Virus record (IMG/VR): IMGVR_UViG_3300012351_000009
Reading direction: 5' to 3' (one strand)
Source of the DNA: a virus
Length of the DNA: 64,000 bases
Shown: positions 16,656 to 26,029 of the stretch, piece after piece
Layout: each line of letters starts with the position of its first letter
Numbering within the stretch: position 1 is the first letter of the stretch
The notes under the pieces: model-generated
Told to the model about the DNA's origin: nothing
What the model saw: only the letters and a program-made list of their open reading frames with translations
Database searches by the model: none
Made by a program: the position numbers and the translations under genes

Positions 16656-19217
16656 CTACTGTGTGTTATTTTCTGGCATAGGGGCGGAGACAGCGAGGTC
16701 GATGAAGTAGGCCCGTCCGTTGGACTTGATCCGGGTGAACCCCATCTTCTGGAGAGCAGTCGTCAGCGCCCGCTGGCTGATGGGCTCGATCCCGTTGGCC
16801 TGCCACTCAAATCTACAGATCCCGTAGATGTCCTTGATGTCGTGGCCGACCGAGTGCATGCCGGGCTTGGTCGGCTCCGTGCGCTGGAGGACGGTCCCGA
16901 TCAGCGGCGTCACGATGTCCTCTTCCTGCCGGTAGCTCTCCTTCACCACGTGGGCAGCCTCAGGGACGGCAAGCCCCTGAGCTTTCCAGCTGATGGCGCC
17001 AGCGATGCACCATGCCAGGATCCCCTGCGCCTCAGCCCGGAGCTTCTCCGGCAGGTCCCCGTCGCGCTCGGCCTCGGGAATGAACTCTGTCCACTCGATC
17101 GGCCGCAGCCGGCGCCAGATCGCCGGGTCATCCCCGGGGATAGGCGGCAGGTGATTCGCGGTCAGGTGGATTTTGCCGACCGGGGAAAACTCAAAGAACT
17201 CCGCCCGCATAAACCGCGCTGCTATCCTGTCCCCGCCGATCAGCTGCTTCAGCAGCGGCCAGTCCAGGCGCCGTCCCTCTTTCGCCTCGCTGGCCAGCAG
17301 GTAGCGCTTGCCCATCATCCGTGCGACATCATTCGGCACCATCCCGTCATTACGCTTGGCTGTCAGCGTCTCAACGGGAGTCGCCTGAGCGTACGGGCCC
17401 AGGACATAAGAGATGATGTCGTGGAAGGTGGACTTGCCGTTAGCTGATGAGCCGTAATGCAAGAACATGCTCTGCTCAGCCATCGACCCGGTGATCGAGT
17501 AGCCGATGACCCTTTGCAGGAAAGCACGCAGCTCCGGGTCGGGCTGGACGCGCTCCAGGAAGGCTTTCCACTGCGGGGACGCCGCTAGCGGGTCATCGAG
17601 CAGTCCCGGGTCGTAAGAGACGGGGGCCTGCCTGGTCATCATCAGCGAGGGTTCATGCTTGAACAGCTTCCCTGTCTCCAAGTCGATGATGCCGTTGGAG
17701 ACGTTCAGCAGGAACGGGTGATCATCGAAGCTCGTCGACAGTGCCCTGATCGAGGGATGATCCCGGGCGTTCATGGCCATGGCGAGGACCTTAGGCCGGT
17801 TGCGGCAGCTCTTCCACCACTCCCAGAACAGCATGCGGGGAGACGGCTTGCCCTTCTCAGCGCTGTCGTCGGAGTACATCTCGCTTTCGTCCTCGTACAT
17901 CCGGCGGATGACCCACTGGCTCAGCATCTCCGGGGTGGCGCTGCTGCACTTCTGCCAGGCGCCGTTCAGGCAGATCATCCAGCTATTCCAGTCCTCGACC
18001 CACCGGAGGACGTCGCCGCGGCGGTTGACCAGCCGGTCACCGAGGCCGAAGTCGTCCCAGGACAGCTTGGCCCACTCGTGGTCAGCCAGCTCGCCGACCT
18101 GGCTGAGGTCGCGCGGGTGCTCCAGGCCGCTGCGCCAGCCGGAGCTGAACGTCGCCCTGATCTCGGCCATGCCGAGCCCGGCCGCCTGGGCAGCGTTCTC
18201 CAGGGCTGCGCGGGCTTCTTCCTCGAACAAGATGCCCAGGGCCCCGAGCGTGCCCAGGCTGAATGCCGAGGAGTTCAGCCGGTTGTTCCGGTCACCTCTC
18301 GGCGCGTCCCGGACAACCTGCGCTTCGCTCTCCAGGGCTTTATTCACGTAGGCCGAGATGAGCTTGTCGGGCAGGACCTTATCGGTGCCGACCGGCTCGC
18401 CGTGCTGGTAAGCGTCTTCCTTCTTGAGTGCTTCCAGGATCCAGCCCGGCGCCGCCGCGATCTGCCTGATGCTGGTGATGTCCGCGGTGATGACATATGA
18501 GCCGTAGCCGGAGATGCTAGGCGGTGCCACGACCTGGCCCTGATCGCCCCTGATGTCAATGCCGGCATCAGAGCCCCAGGGCTTGACGTTGCCGACGTTA
18601 TACCCCGGCCACTGGAAGAAATAGTGACGGCCGCCCGAGCCCGTCCGCACCATCAGGGTATTAGGGATCGGCTCTTCCGGATGCTGGGCTTCCAGGTTCC
18701 CCAGGAACCCGAACCCGTCCGCTTCCTTGTTGTCGATATCCAGGACGAAAATACCGGACACCTCGCCGGTCAGGATGCCGATATTAGCCTTGGGCATCCA
18801 GTCGACAGGATTCTGCTCATTGGCGGCGAGCATACGCCACCAGCCTGAGTCATTATCCGCGGGCGTCGTCGGCTTCTGCCACTTATTCCCGATCGGGTGC
18901 TTGCCAGGGCTCGCGCAGTCCTCCTTGCCGCACGAGCACCTCGCCGGGCCCTCCATCCAGTGCAGCGGAATCGTCCGGAAGCCCAGCTCCCAGTAGCGCA
19001 CCGCGGCCGAATGAAGCTCGCGGCGCCTCGCCTCTTCCTCTTTCGACAGTTCAGTAGAGGAGATGTCGCCGCGCCATTCGTCGGCATAGTCGAACGGGTC
19101 AGGTGGCAGCGATCCCGGCGAGCTGCTAAAGTCGCGTTCTGGGATATCGCGTTGTTCGTTATTTGACTCGGCCCCTGGCTCTTGACCGCCAGGGGCCTTG
19201 TCGTCTTGGTCGGTCAT
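16656..19217 (-). CDS. Bifunctional primase-polymerase fused to D5/P4-family SF3 helicase
   Basis: NIGILTG, VLDID, RTGSGGRHYFF, DIRGDQGQVVAPPS; RNNRLN (PriCT); GSSANGKSTF Walker A; ARFMRAEFFEF, WRRLRPIEW. Confidence 0.93.
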   Translation of the reverse strand: MTDQDDKAPGGQEPGAESNNEQRDIPERDFSSSPGSLPPDPFDYADEWRGDISSTELSKEEEARRRELHSAAVRYWELGFRTIPLHWMEGPARCSCGKEDCASPGKHPIGNKWQKPTTPADNDSGWWRMLAANEQNPVDWMPKANIGILTGEVSGIFVLDIDNKEADGFGFLGNLEAQHPEEPIPNTLMVRTGSGGRHYFFQWPGYNVGNVKPWGSDAGIDIRGDQGQVVAPPSISGYGSYVITADITSIRQIAAAPGWILEALKKEDAYQHGEPVGTDKVLPDKLISAYVNKALESEAQVVRDAPRGDRNNRLNSSAFSLGTLGALGILFEEEARAALENAAQAAGLGMAEIRATFSSGWRSGLEHPRDLSQVGELADHEWAKLSWDDFGLGDRLVNRRGDVLRWVEDWNSWMICLNGAWQKCSSATPEMLSQWVIRRMYEDESEMYSDDSAEKGKPSPRMLFWEWWKSCRNRPKVLAMAMNARDHPSIRALSTSFDDHPFLLNVSNGIIDLETGKLFKHEPSLMMTRQAPVSYDPGLLDDPLAASPQWKAFLERVQPDPELRAFLQRVIGYSITGSMAEQSMFLHYGSSANGKSTFHDIISYVLGPYAQATPVETLTAKRNDGMVPNDVARMMGKRYLLASEAKEGRRLDWPLLKQLIGGDRIAARFMRAEFFEFSPVGKIHLTANHLPPIPGDDPAIWRRLRPIEWTEFIPEAERDGDLPEKLRAEAQGILAWCIAGAISWKAQGLAVPEAAHVVKESYRQEEDIVTPLIGTVLQRTEPTKPGMHSVGHDIKDIYGICRFEWQANGIEPISQRALTTALQKMGFTRIKSNGRAYFIDLAVSAPMPENNTQ

Positions 19218-19588
19218 GCAATCGCGGCCAGGACGGGCTGGGCGAAGTACTCGTCGTGGCCCGGGGCAAAGCGCTTCCAGGTGATCGGTGCGCCCTGCCA
19301 GCGGCCGTTGTAAACCTCGAAGGCCGCCCGCGCGATGCGGACGGCCACCGGGGTGCCGAAGCGGCTGCAGAAGTCCTCAATCGTCTGCTGGGCGCCGTGG
19401 GAAGGGAGCTGGGGCCCGTTCAGCCGGAGGATCTCCTCGCAGACGTAGGCGTACACATCACTGACGGACCACTGATCCGGATGGCGGCCCGCGCGCAGGG
19501 CCTGGGCCTCACTGACTGTGGTGACGGAGAGGCTGGCTGTAACTGCTGTTTCACTTGATGAACAGGTGGTCTCTGCTGGGATACGCAT
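19214..19588 (-). CDS. Hypothetical protein
   Basis: Track ORF, ATGA overlap with the primase gene. Confidence 0.65.
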   Translation of the reverse strand: MRIPAETTCSSSETAVTASLSVTTVSEAQALRAGRHPDQWSVSDVYAYVCEEILRLNGPQLPSHGAQQTIEDFCSRFGTPVAVRIARAAFEVYNGRWQGAPITWKRFAPGHDEYFAQPVLAAIA

Positions 19589-19720
19589 TGATCACGTCCT
19601 CCTCGGATCTAGGGCTCTGACCTGCAAGAACATGAAAGCTATCGGGTCTTGGGAAGGCCTAGGCAACCCACCCTAGGCTTGCTCAACAGGCCGGTCAAGC
19701 ACCACGAGTAGATTGCAGCC

Positions 19721-19735
19721 TATCAATAAACATTA
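19721..19735 (-). promoter_or_regulatory. Promoter-like motif TAATGT-TTATTGATA
   Basis: Copy of the recurrent motif upstream of the primase operon. Confidence 0.55.
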
Positions 19736-19741
19736 GGCAGC

Positions 19742-20656
19742 TCACTGCACAGCAGCAACAGGTGGCCATGGTAGGCTGCCGGCCTCCATCCGCAGCCTCA
19801 GGCGGTTCATGCCCCACTTCTCCAGGAACGCCTGCATCGGCTCGCTGTGCCGGCCCGGGTGCCACTCGGCGTGCTCGCAGCGCTCGCCGAGGGTCTGCTC
19901 CGGCGCCAGGACCGGATCACGCAGGTTGCTGATCACCCACCAGGCGTAGACCTGGGCCTGCCGCTCCAGCCCGAGCGTGGTGACCATCGAGTGAATGACG
20001 GCCAGGTCCGACTTTTCCGGGTCGATCATCTTGACCGCCCTGGCCGGCCCGATGCCCGGGATGCCCGGGATCCCGTCCGAGGCGTCTCCGGCCAGGGCGC
20101 GCAGCAGCGGCAGGCGGGCCGGCTCCACGCCCCAGTCCCGGCGGACGTCATACTCTGTCAGGCCTTCCCCGGAACCAGCTTGCCACGAGGTTGCCGGGTC
20201 AACGAGCTGGAGCAGGTCCCGGTCAGCAGACAGGATCGTCATCTGCGGGGGCCAGGCCGGCATGGCGTGGAACTGGCGCCAGGCGGAGGCGATGATGTCG
20301 TCACCCTCGAAGCTCGATTCCCAGGTCTGGTAGATCCCGGCCGCCTCGGTGAACTCCTGGGCTAGTTCCTCGGCGATGCTCATGACCGGGGCGTCGTCAT
20401 GGTGCCGCGGCCGGTTCGACTTGTACGCCGGGTAGAACTGCTTGCGCCAGTTCAGGTCGGGCGCGCCCTCCCACGCGACGACTACATGAGTCCACGGGCT
20501 GGCGTTCAGGGCGCGGACCAGGGAGCCGGTGAACGCGACCAGGGTGCGGGTGTCGCGGCCGTTGTGGCTCAGCAGCGACATGTTCTGCGCTGCCTTGGCC
20601 GCCCGCACCAGCAGGCTCATGCCGTCGATCAGCAGGACCTGGGGGTGGCCGCTCAC
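19742..20656 (-). CDS. 5'-3' exonuclease / flap endonuclease (PolA N-terminal-like)
   Basis: LLIDGMSLL, YPAYKSNR, FEGDDII, SADRDLLQL, ALAGDASDGIPGIPGIGPARA; GTG start at 20656. Confidence 0.88.
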   Translation of the reverse strand: MSGHPQVLLIDGMSLLVRAAKAAQNMSLLSHNGRDTRTLVAFTGSLVRALNASPWTHVVVAWEGAPDLNWRKQFYPAYKSNRPRHHDDAPVMSIAEELAQEFTEAAGIYQTWESSFEGDDIIASAWRQFHAMPAWPPQMTILSADRDLLQLVDPATSWQAGSGEGLTEYDVRRDWGVEPARLPLLRALAGDASDGIPGIPGIGPARAVKMIDPEKSDLAVIHSMVTTLGLERQAQVYAWWVISNLRDPVLAPEQTLGERCEHAEWHPGRHSEPMQAFLEKWGMNRLRLRMEAGSLPWPPVAAVQ

Positions 20657-21069
20657 AGGCCCTCGTCTCCGAGCAAGCCGTTCTGGCGGGCGCACCATAC
20701 CACCATCATGACCATGCAGACGAACCGGGCGTCGTCGATCGAGCCGCTCTCGCGCAGGGCATGCGCGGTGCGCTCGATGTCGGCCAGGGAGAACTGCCGG
20801 TCGCCGGTCGGGCTGCGGTGGATGTCCAGCAGGCGGCCGTCGAGCACCAGCTCGCTGTCCGGCCACTCCTCGCTCTGCCGCATCCGGACGCGCAGCCAGG
20901 CGGCCGAGCGGCCGATGAAGATCGTGGCGACGGAATGGGTGGAGTACCACGGCTTCGGCGAGCCGTTCTTACCCCGCGGGATCATCTCCTCAGTCAGCCA
21001 GAACCGCCGCTCGGGAGGGTGCCACTGCACTCCCTCGAACGGGTTGGCTTGCTTAACTCGTGCGGCCAT
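20653..21069 (-). CDS. MerR-like HTH DNA-binding protein
   Basis: YSTHSVATIFIGRSAAWLR ... RSPTGDRQFSLADIE. Confidence 0.6.
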   Translation of the reverse strand: MAARVKQANPFEGVQWHPPERRFWLTEEMIPRGKNGSPKPWYSTHSVATIFIGRSAAWLRVRMRQSEEWPDSELVLDGRLLDIHRSPTGDRQFSLADIERTAHALRESGSIDDARFVCMVMMVVWCARQNGLLGDEGL

Positions 21070-21092
21070 CGGACCTCCAGTCCGGTTGGTGG

Positions 21093-21854
21093 TTACGACT
21101 GCTTGCGCAGGTACAGGGAGGCCTTCGGGGTACCGGTGACGGTGATCTGGCGCAGCAGCCTCAGGCCGCGCTCGGGGTACCTGCGGATGAAGATCCGCAG
21201 CTTGTCCACATCAAGCCGGCGCGTCGCGACGGTGACGGCGTTGTAATCGTTGCGGTCGATCTCGCCGGCCTTGTGCAGAGTCTCCAGCACGCTCTCGGAC
21301 GGCTTGGGCGCGGGGGCGCTGTACTCCTGGGACCAGATCACCGGGCCGACGTGCACCTGATTCGGGTCCTGGGGCAGGGCCAGCAGGTAGTGCCCGTTCT
21401 GGTCGCGCGGCGTAGCAGGAACGATGACCGCGCCGTCCGGGCCGAGCTTGGCCTTGGGGATGGCGATGCCGGTCTCTTCCGCGGTCACGTCCATGTGCAC
21501 CCGGATGGTCTCCCGGATCGCCTCGTCCCGTGCCTTGAGGGTGGTCGCGACCAGCGCGATCACGGTCTCCTCCAGGGTCAGCTTGTCCAGCTCCTCCTTG
21601 GTCAGCGAGCGCCGGTCCTTGATCTCGGTCCAGCCGAAGATCGCCGGGAGCTGCCGCAGCGCCCGCTGGGCCTCCGCGGTCAGCTCGGTGTGCTCGGGCA
21701 GCCTGGGGAACGGCTTGGTCTCGGCGTGTAGCGGCTGCTCAGCGGCGGATGCTACCTTGGCAGCCAGGTCATCCAGCGTGGCGTCTGGCTTCTCGGTCAA
21801 GAGCGCTAGCGCTCCGGCCAGGACATGCTCGACAACGGTCTGGTCAGCGGTCAT
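21093..21854 (-). CDS. Hypothetical protein (MTADQTVV...)
   Basis: GAGGAG RBS before ATG at 21854. Confidence 0.7.
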   Translation of the reverse strand: MTADQTVVEHVLAGALALLTEKPDATLDDLAAKVASAAEQPLHAETKPFPRLPEHTELTAEAQRALRQLPAIFGWTEIKDRRSLTKEELDKLTLEETVIALVATTLKARDEAIRETIRVHMDVTAEETGIAIPKAKLGPDGAVIVPATPRDQNGHYLLALPQDPNQVHVGPVIWSQEYSAPAPKPSESVLETLHKAGEIDRNDYNAVTVATRRLDVDKLRIFIRRYPERGLRLLRQITVTGTPKASLYLRKQS

Positions 21855-21897
21855 GGGGACGCTCCTCGGAAGCGTGGTTGCGGATACTGCCCCCAAG

Positions 21898-21966
21898 ATA
21901 TCAATAAACCTTGGTACGAGCAAATCACGATTCAATCAGCTTGCCTCTACCAAGGTTTATTGATAT
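21898..21966. promoter_or_regulatory. Perfect 19-bp inverted repeat forming divergent promoter-like sites
   Basis: ATATCAATAAACCTTGGTA (21898-21916) and TACCAAGGTTTATTGATAT (21948-21966). Confidence 0.75.
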
Positions 21967-21975
21967 ACAGGGCCC

Positions 21976-22938
21976 ATGACCCTTCACACGCACACCCGCC
22001 TCGGCGACCCCTTCAACCCGGCGGAAGCCAGCGCCCCCTTCTCGGCGGGCGTCCGGATCAACGAAAGCGCCCCCGCCGACCCCGCCAAGGATGAGGAGCT
22101 GCGCGCGTCCATGCAGCAGATCGGCTGGATCCCGGCCCTGCCCGCAGTCAAGGACGAGCGCGGCGTGTTCATCATCGGCAGCCGCCGGATGCGGATCGCC
22201 GCGGAGCTGAACATCACGCCCTGTGTCGTCGAGCACCGGTTCGGCAACGGCGACGCAGCCGACATCAAGCGCCTGCAGTGGGCGTGGTTCTCCAACGAGG
22301 GCGCTCAGTCCTTCTCGCCGGATGACCGCAGGGCGATGGCCGCGTACCTGGCCAGCCGCGGCTGGACGCAGGCCAGCATCGCCGATGCCCTGGGCGTCGC
22401 CCAGCAGACCGTCTCCCGTGACCTGGGCAGTCTAATTACTCATCCGGGTAATAAGGACTCTGAAGCAGCTGCCGCCGCGGCAGGCAAGCGCCAGCGCGGA
22501 TCCGGCGCCGGGCGCCCGCGCGGGGCCACGACCAGGCCCAGGCCTGAGCCCCAGGCCAAGCCCGATCCTCTGCCCGACCTGCCGCCGGCCCGCCCGCGCC
22601 CGCGGGTCACTGAGCCGGATGTGCCGGAGATCTCCCGCCGGCGCCCGGAGACCATCGAGGCCGAGCACCGGGTCGAGGCGCACCTGCGGGAGAACCCGAA
22701 GCTCTCCAACAACCAGATCCTGGCCCTGGCCGGCCTGGGCCAGCCCCAGCACCGGCTGGTCAAGCGGGTCCGGGACCGCATGGTGGCCGCGGGGGAGATC
22801 CCCAACGTCACCGAGCGCACGAGCGCCAACGGCCGGGTCGTCCGGACCCCTCCGCCCGCCCTGTCCCTGGTCACCGGCCCGGATGACTCCCACGCCCCGG
22901 GGTGCACGCACTGCCCGGTGCACTGCCCGGCCGCCTAG
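21976..22938 (+). CDS. ParB-like N-terminal domain plus HTH protein
   Basis: ELRASMQQIGW...IIGSRRMRIAAEL; HTH GWTQASIADALGVAQQTVSRDL; C-terminal CTHCPVHC. Confidence 0.7.
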   Translation: MTLHTHTRLGDPFNPAEASAPFSAGVRINESAPADPAKDEELRASMQQIGWIPALPAVKDERGVFIIGSRRMRIAAELNITPCVVEHRFGNGDAADIKRLQWAWFSNEGAQSFSPDDRRAMAAYLASRGWTQASIADALGVAQQTVSRDLGSLITHPGNKDSEAAAAAAGKRQRGSGAGRPRGATTRPRPEPQAKPDPLPDLPPARPRPRVTEPDVPEISRRRPETIEAEHRVEAHLRENPKLSNNQILALAGLGQPQHRLVKRVRDRMVAAGEIPNVTERTSANGRVVRTPPPALSLVTGPDDSHAPGCTHCPVHCPAA

Positions 22939-24419
22939 CCCTCGATCTCCTCGACGGAGATCACATCCGGCCCGGTGAACGGCACCTGCCGCCGGTACGC
23001 CCCCGACTCGATCACCTGGGCCGGGGGCGTGACGGCACCCGGCTCGATCATGATGAGCCGGCCGGGGACGCCCCCGGCGACCGCCATGCTGCCCGAGGCG
23101 GACATCGCCAGCGCTGCCTGCTGGGTCACCCGGGCCGCGATGGCCATGGTCCCCTGAGCCCGCATGGGCACGCCCATCGCCGTCGTGGCCGCGACGACCA
23201 TGGACCCGCTGGCGTGCATCGAGATCGTGGCCGACTGCGGGATCACGGCCGCGACGGCCATGTGCCCGGCCGCGGTCATCGAGATTGAGGCGAACCGGCC
23301 CAGCACCGGCCGGATCTGCATGACCCCGCTGGCGTGCATCGAGATCACCGCGGCCCGGCTGACCGACCCGGCCACGATCATGTGCCCGGAGGCGGACAGG
23401 GCGACGTGCGCAGCCCGGACCACCGACCCGGCCGCCGTCATCGAGCCGGCTGCCGTGAAGTGAACCGCCGCCATCCTGGTCACCGACCCGGCGATATGCA
23501 TCGAGCCCGAGGCATGCATCGAGACCGCGGCGAACTTGGTCACCCTGGCGCTGATGCTCATCGAGCCCGAGGCGTGCATCGAGACACGAGCCATCCGGGA
23601 CGGGACGCCGGTCACGGTCATGCTGCCGCTGGCGTGCATCGCGATCACGGCAAACCGGGTACGGGTCCCGGCGATCGTCATGTGCCCTGAGGCGGTCATC
23701 GCCACGGCCGCCCGCTGGGTGACGAAGGCGCTCGTGCTCATCGAGCCCGTGCCGTGCCATGCTGCGGTGGCGTTCCAGACCAGCGTGGCGTGCGAGACCT
23801 TCAGGATGCGGCTGTTCCGGAACCGGATCGGGTGCATGGTCTGCTGGGTGACCAGCGGGAACTTCGTGCCCTGGTTAGCCTGGCCGAGCCCCGGCATGAA
23901 GACGCGGCCGGCGGTGATCCGGTGCGGCGGTCCCCAGCGGGGCCGTGAGCCCGCCCTGGCGGCGAAATGCGCAGCGGCCGGGCTGCCCAGCCGCTGCGGC
24001 GGGTACGGCATGAAGGAATGGCCGGTGCGGACCCGCGGCAGCCACTTCGGCACATTGCCCCGGCGCTGGCGGAAGAACAGCGGGAACTTCGTGCCCAGGC
24101 CAGCCTGCGGCTGGACCGGCAGGAAGAACCGGCCGCGCGAGATCCGGGCCGCCCAGCGAGGCCGGGAACCGCTCTGGTCGGCGAGCTGGCCGCCCTGGAC
24201 GCCCTGGTTAGCCTGGCCCCAGCCCGGCAGGAAAGCATGGCCCTGGCGGATCCGGGGCTGCCAGCGCGGCCGGGAGCCGCTCTGGTCGGCGAGCTGGCCG
24301 CCCTGGACGCCCTGGTTAGCCTGGCCGGACTGAGGACGGACGATCCTGCCGCGCCTGGTCCGCGGCGCGCTGCGAGGCCTCGGCCCGCCCTGGTCCTGAT
24401 AGCCCGGATTGGCGGGCAC
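22935..24419 (-). CDS. Repeat-rich minor structural protein
   Basis: Approximately 20-aa repeats around SMHASGSM; duplicated N-terminal GQANQGVQGGQLADQSGSRPRW. Confidence 0.6.
   Translation of the reverse strand: MPANPGYQDQGGPRPRSAPRTRRGRIVRPQSGQANQGVQGGQLADQSGSRPRWQPRIRQGHAFLPGWGQANQGVQGGQLADQSGSRPRWAARISRGRFFLPVQPQAGLGTKFPLFFRQRRGNVPKWLPRVRTGHSFMPYPPQRLGSPAAAHFAARAGSRPRWGPPHRITAGRVFMPGLGQANQGTKFPLVTQQTMHPIRFRNSRILKVSHATLVWNATAAWHGTGSMSTSAFVTQRAAVAMTASGHMTIAGTRTRFAVIAMHASGSMTVTGVPSRMARVSMHASGSMSISARVTKFAAVSMHASGSMHIAGSVTRMAAVHFTAAGSMTAAGSVVRAAHVALSASGHMIVAGSVSRAAVISMHASGVMQIRPVLGRFASISMTAAGHMAVAAVIPQSATISMHASGSMVVAATTAMGVPMRAQGTMAIAARVTQQAALAMSASGSMAVAGGVPGRLIMIEPGAVTPPAQVIESGAYRRQVPFTGPDVISVEEIEG
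24169..24326. repeat. 50-bp perfect direct repeat (24169-24218 and 24277-24326) inside the CDS
   Basis: CCGCTCTGGTCGGCGAGCTGGCCGCCCTGGACGCCCTGGTTAGCCTGGCC occurs twice, 108-bp period. Confidence 0.9.
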
Positions 24420-24448
24420 GGCTCACCTCCGGTGAGGGAGCGCCCTGA

Positions 24449-24964
24449 TCAGGCCTCGATCTCGCATCCGAGGGTGTACAGGTGCGAGGTCGGCAGCGCG
24501 TTACCGACGTTGAACAGGGCGATCCCGTTCGCGTTCGCCGCAATCGGCTGGATCATCAGCTCCTCCAGCAGCTCCCAGGGCAGGTCCACCGTCGCCTGGG
24601 TGTTGAAGCTGACCTCCCAGAAGTACGGTGCCGTCCAGACCGCCGTCGGAGCCGCCGACCAGGCGGTGTCGATCCCGGGGTTGTTCGGCAGGGTGGCGTA
24701 GCCGGCCATGTCGTTCCAGGCCGATGTGGCCGTCGCGGTCCCGCGGGTGGTGGACCGGGTGAACGCCACGGTGCACTGCATCGAGGTCGGCGCCGCTGAG
24801 GTGGCGCGCACGCCCAGCGTCAGGCGCCGCACCCGGACGAGGCTGCCGCCCGCGGCCGTCGAGCCCAGGATGTTGGCGAAGAGCCCGTTCGTGGCGCCTG
24901 CGGAGACAGGCGCCGTCGCGACCAGGGCCGCGGCTGACTCGACCGTTGCCGTGTACCGTGCCAT
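24449..24964 (-). CDS. Virion structural/decoration protein (MARYTATVES...)
   Basis: Ala/Thr-rich beta-type sequence; GGGAGG RBS. Confidence 0.6.
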   Translation of the reverse strand: MARYTATVESAAALVATAPVSAGATNGLFANILGSTAAGGSLVRVRRLTLGVRATSAAPTSMQCTVAFTRSTTRGTATATSAWNDMAGYATLPNNPGIDTAWSAAPTAVWTAPYFWEVSFNTQATVDLPWELLEELMIQPIAANANGIALFNVGNALPTSHLYTLGCEIEA

Positions 24965-25026
24965 CGGGCCTCCCTGAGGAAACGTTCGCTGTCCCTTCCG
25001 GGGCGAGGCACGCTGGCGCATTCATG

Positions 25027-25043
25027 TGCTATATTTATTGATA
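25027..25043 (+). promoter_or_regulatory. Extended -10 promoter TGCTATATT plus TATTGATA, upstream of array 1
   Basis: TGn-TANNNT consensus, intergenic. Confidence 0.65.
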
Positions 25044-25154
25044 GATCCTGGCCTGCTGGGAAGAGAGGTCGCAAAGGAAGCGCTCGCGACTGGCAATCGC
25101 GGATAGGACGGCCGAACGTAGCGGCGCAGGGCGATCCTGCATCGTTGGCCGGCG

Positions 25155-25650
25155 TTCCCCCAGCAGGCCGGGCTCAGGCAGTCAGAGCGTGGCAGTGCGC
25201 GGCGAGGCATCACAAGGCTGGGCTCGGCAGCCGAGGTAAGGCAAAGCCAGTCAGGGCGCGGCGCAGCCTGGGAGGCGAGGCAGCCGAGGCGAAGCGTGGC
25301 GTTGCCAGTCCAAGCGCGGCTTTGCATGGCCTGGCCTGGCAGTCAAGGCCGGGCGAGGCGCAGCCAGGACAGCTCAGCCTGGCGGCGCGTGGCGTGGTCC
25401 AGCAGGGCGGTCTTGGCTGGGCACCGCGCCGAAAGGCTAGGCGTGGCAGGGCATGGCAGCCGAGGCATGGCGTGACCAGGCGAAGCGCGGCTGGGTACGG
25501 CAGTCAGAGCATGGCCGGGCCTGGCTGGGCATGGCCAGGCAGTCAAGGCAAGGCACGGCCGGGTCTGTCGCGTCCTGGCGAGGCTAGGCAGTCAAGGCAA
25601 GGCAGGGCCGTGCACAGAATGGCCCGGCGAGGCGAGGCGCAGCAGCCAAG
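25155..25650 (+). ncRNA. Array 1: NN-GGC pentamer units separated by AGYC (putative guide-RNA array, VIPR-like)
   Basis: e.g. 25545-25593 AAGGC AAGGC ACGGC CGGGT CTGTC GCGTC CTGGC GAGGC TAGGC AGTC. The repeat is certain; the RNA function is inferred. Confidence 0.7.
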
Positions 25651-25658
25651 ATAAGGGC

Positions 25659-25805
25659 ATGGCTGACGACAAGGACAAGGACGAGGACAAGACCGAGAAG
25701 GTCAAGGAGATCCTGAAGAAGGACGCCAAGGGCGGCTCGCAGAGCACCGACCCCAAGGCGCTGAAGAAGATCCAGAAGCGGACCAAGAAGCCGGGGAAGA
25801 GCTAG
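25659..25805 (+). CDS. 48-aa Lys/Asp-rich small protein directly after array 1
   Basis: MADDKDKDEDKTEKVKEILKKDAKGGSQSTDPKALKKIQKRTKKPGKS; AAGGG RBS; below the ORF-track size cutoff. Confidence 0.55.
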   Translation: MADDKDKDEDKTEKVKEILKKDAKGGSQSTDPKALKKIQKRTKKPGKS

Positions 25806-26029
25806 TACTGCCCCGTCGTCGTCTGCTTCAGGATCTGCGCCGTGGTCAGCGTGTAGGTCGTGTCGACGAAGCCGAAGTCGGTCGTGCCCGCGGCCGGGAT
25901 CGCGCCGTTGCCCATCGTGGCCTCGCTGCTGTCGGCCAGGTCGTGGCCGGACTGGACCAGGGTCGCGTCGGCGGGCACGTAGCTCAGCGCGGTCGGCGTC
26001 CCGCCGTAGACCTGCGGCCAGGTCGCCAT
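25802..26029 (-). CDS. Small structural protein (MATWPQVYGG...)
   Basis: TGATG coupling to the upstream gene. Confidence 0.55.
   Translation of the reverse strand: MATWPQVYGGTPTALSYVPADATLVQSGHDLADSSEATMGNGAIPAAGTTDFGFVDTTYTLTTAQILKQTTTGQY

Noticed and set aside
9928-19217. Inteins or introns in dnaE, primase-helicase, recA or terminase
   Set aside because: Lengths are ordinary, and no C/S...HN splice motifs or homing endonuclease inserts were seen
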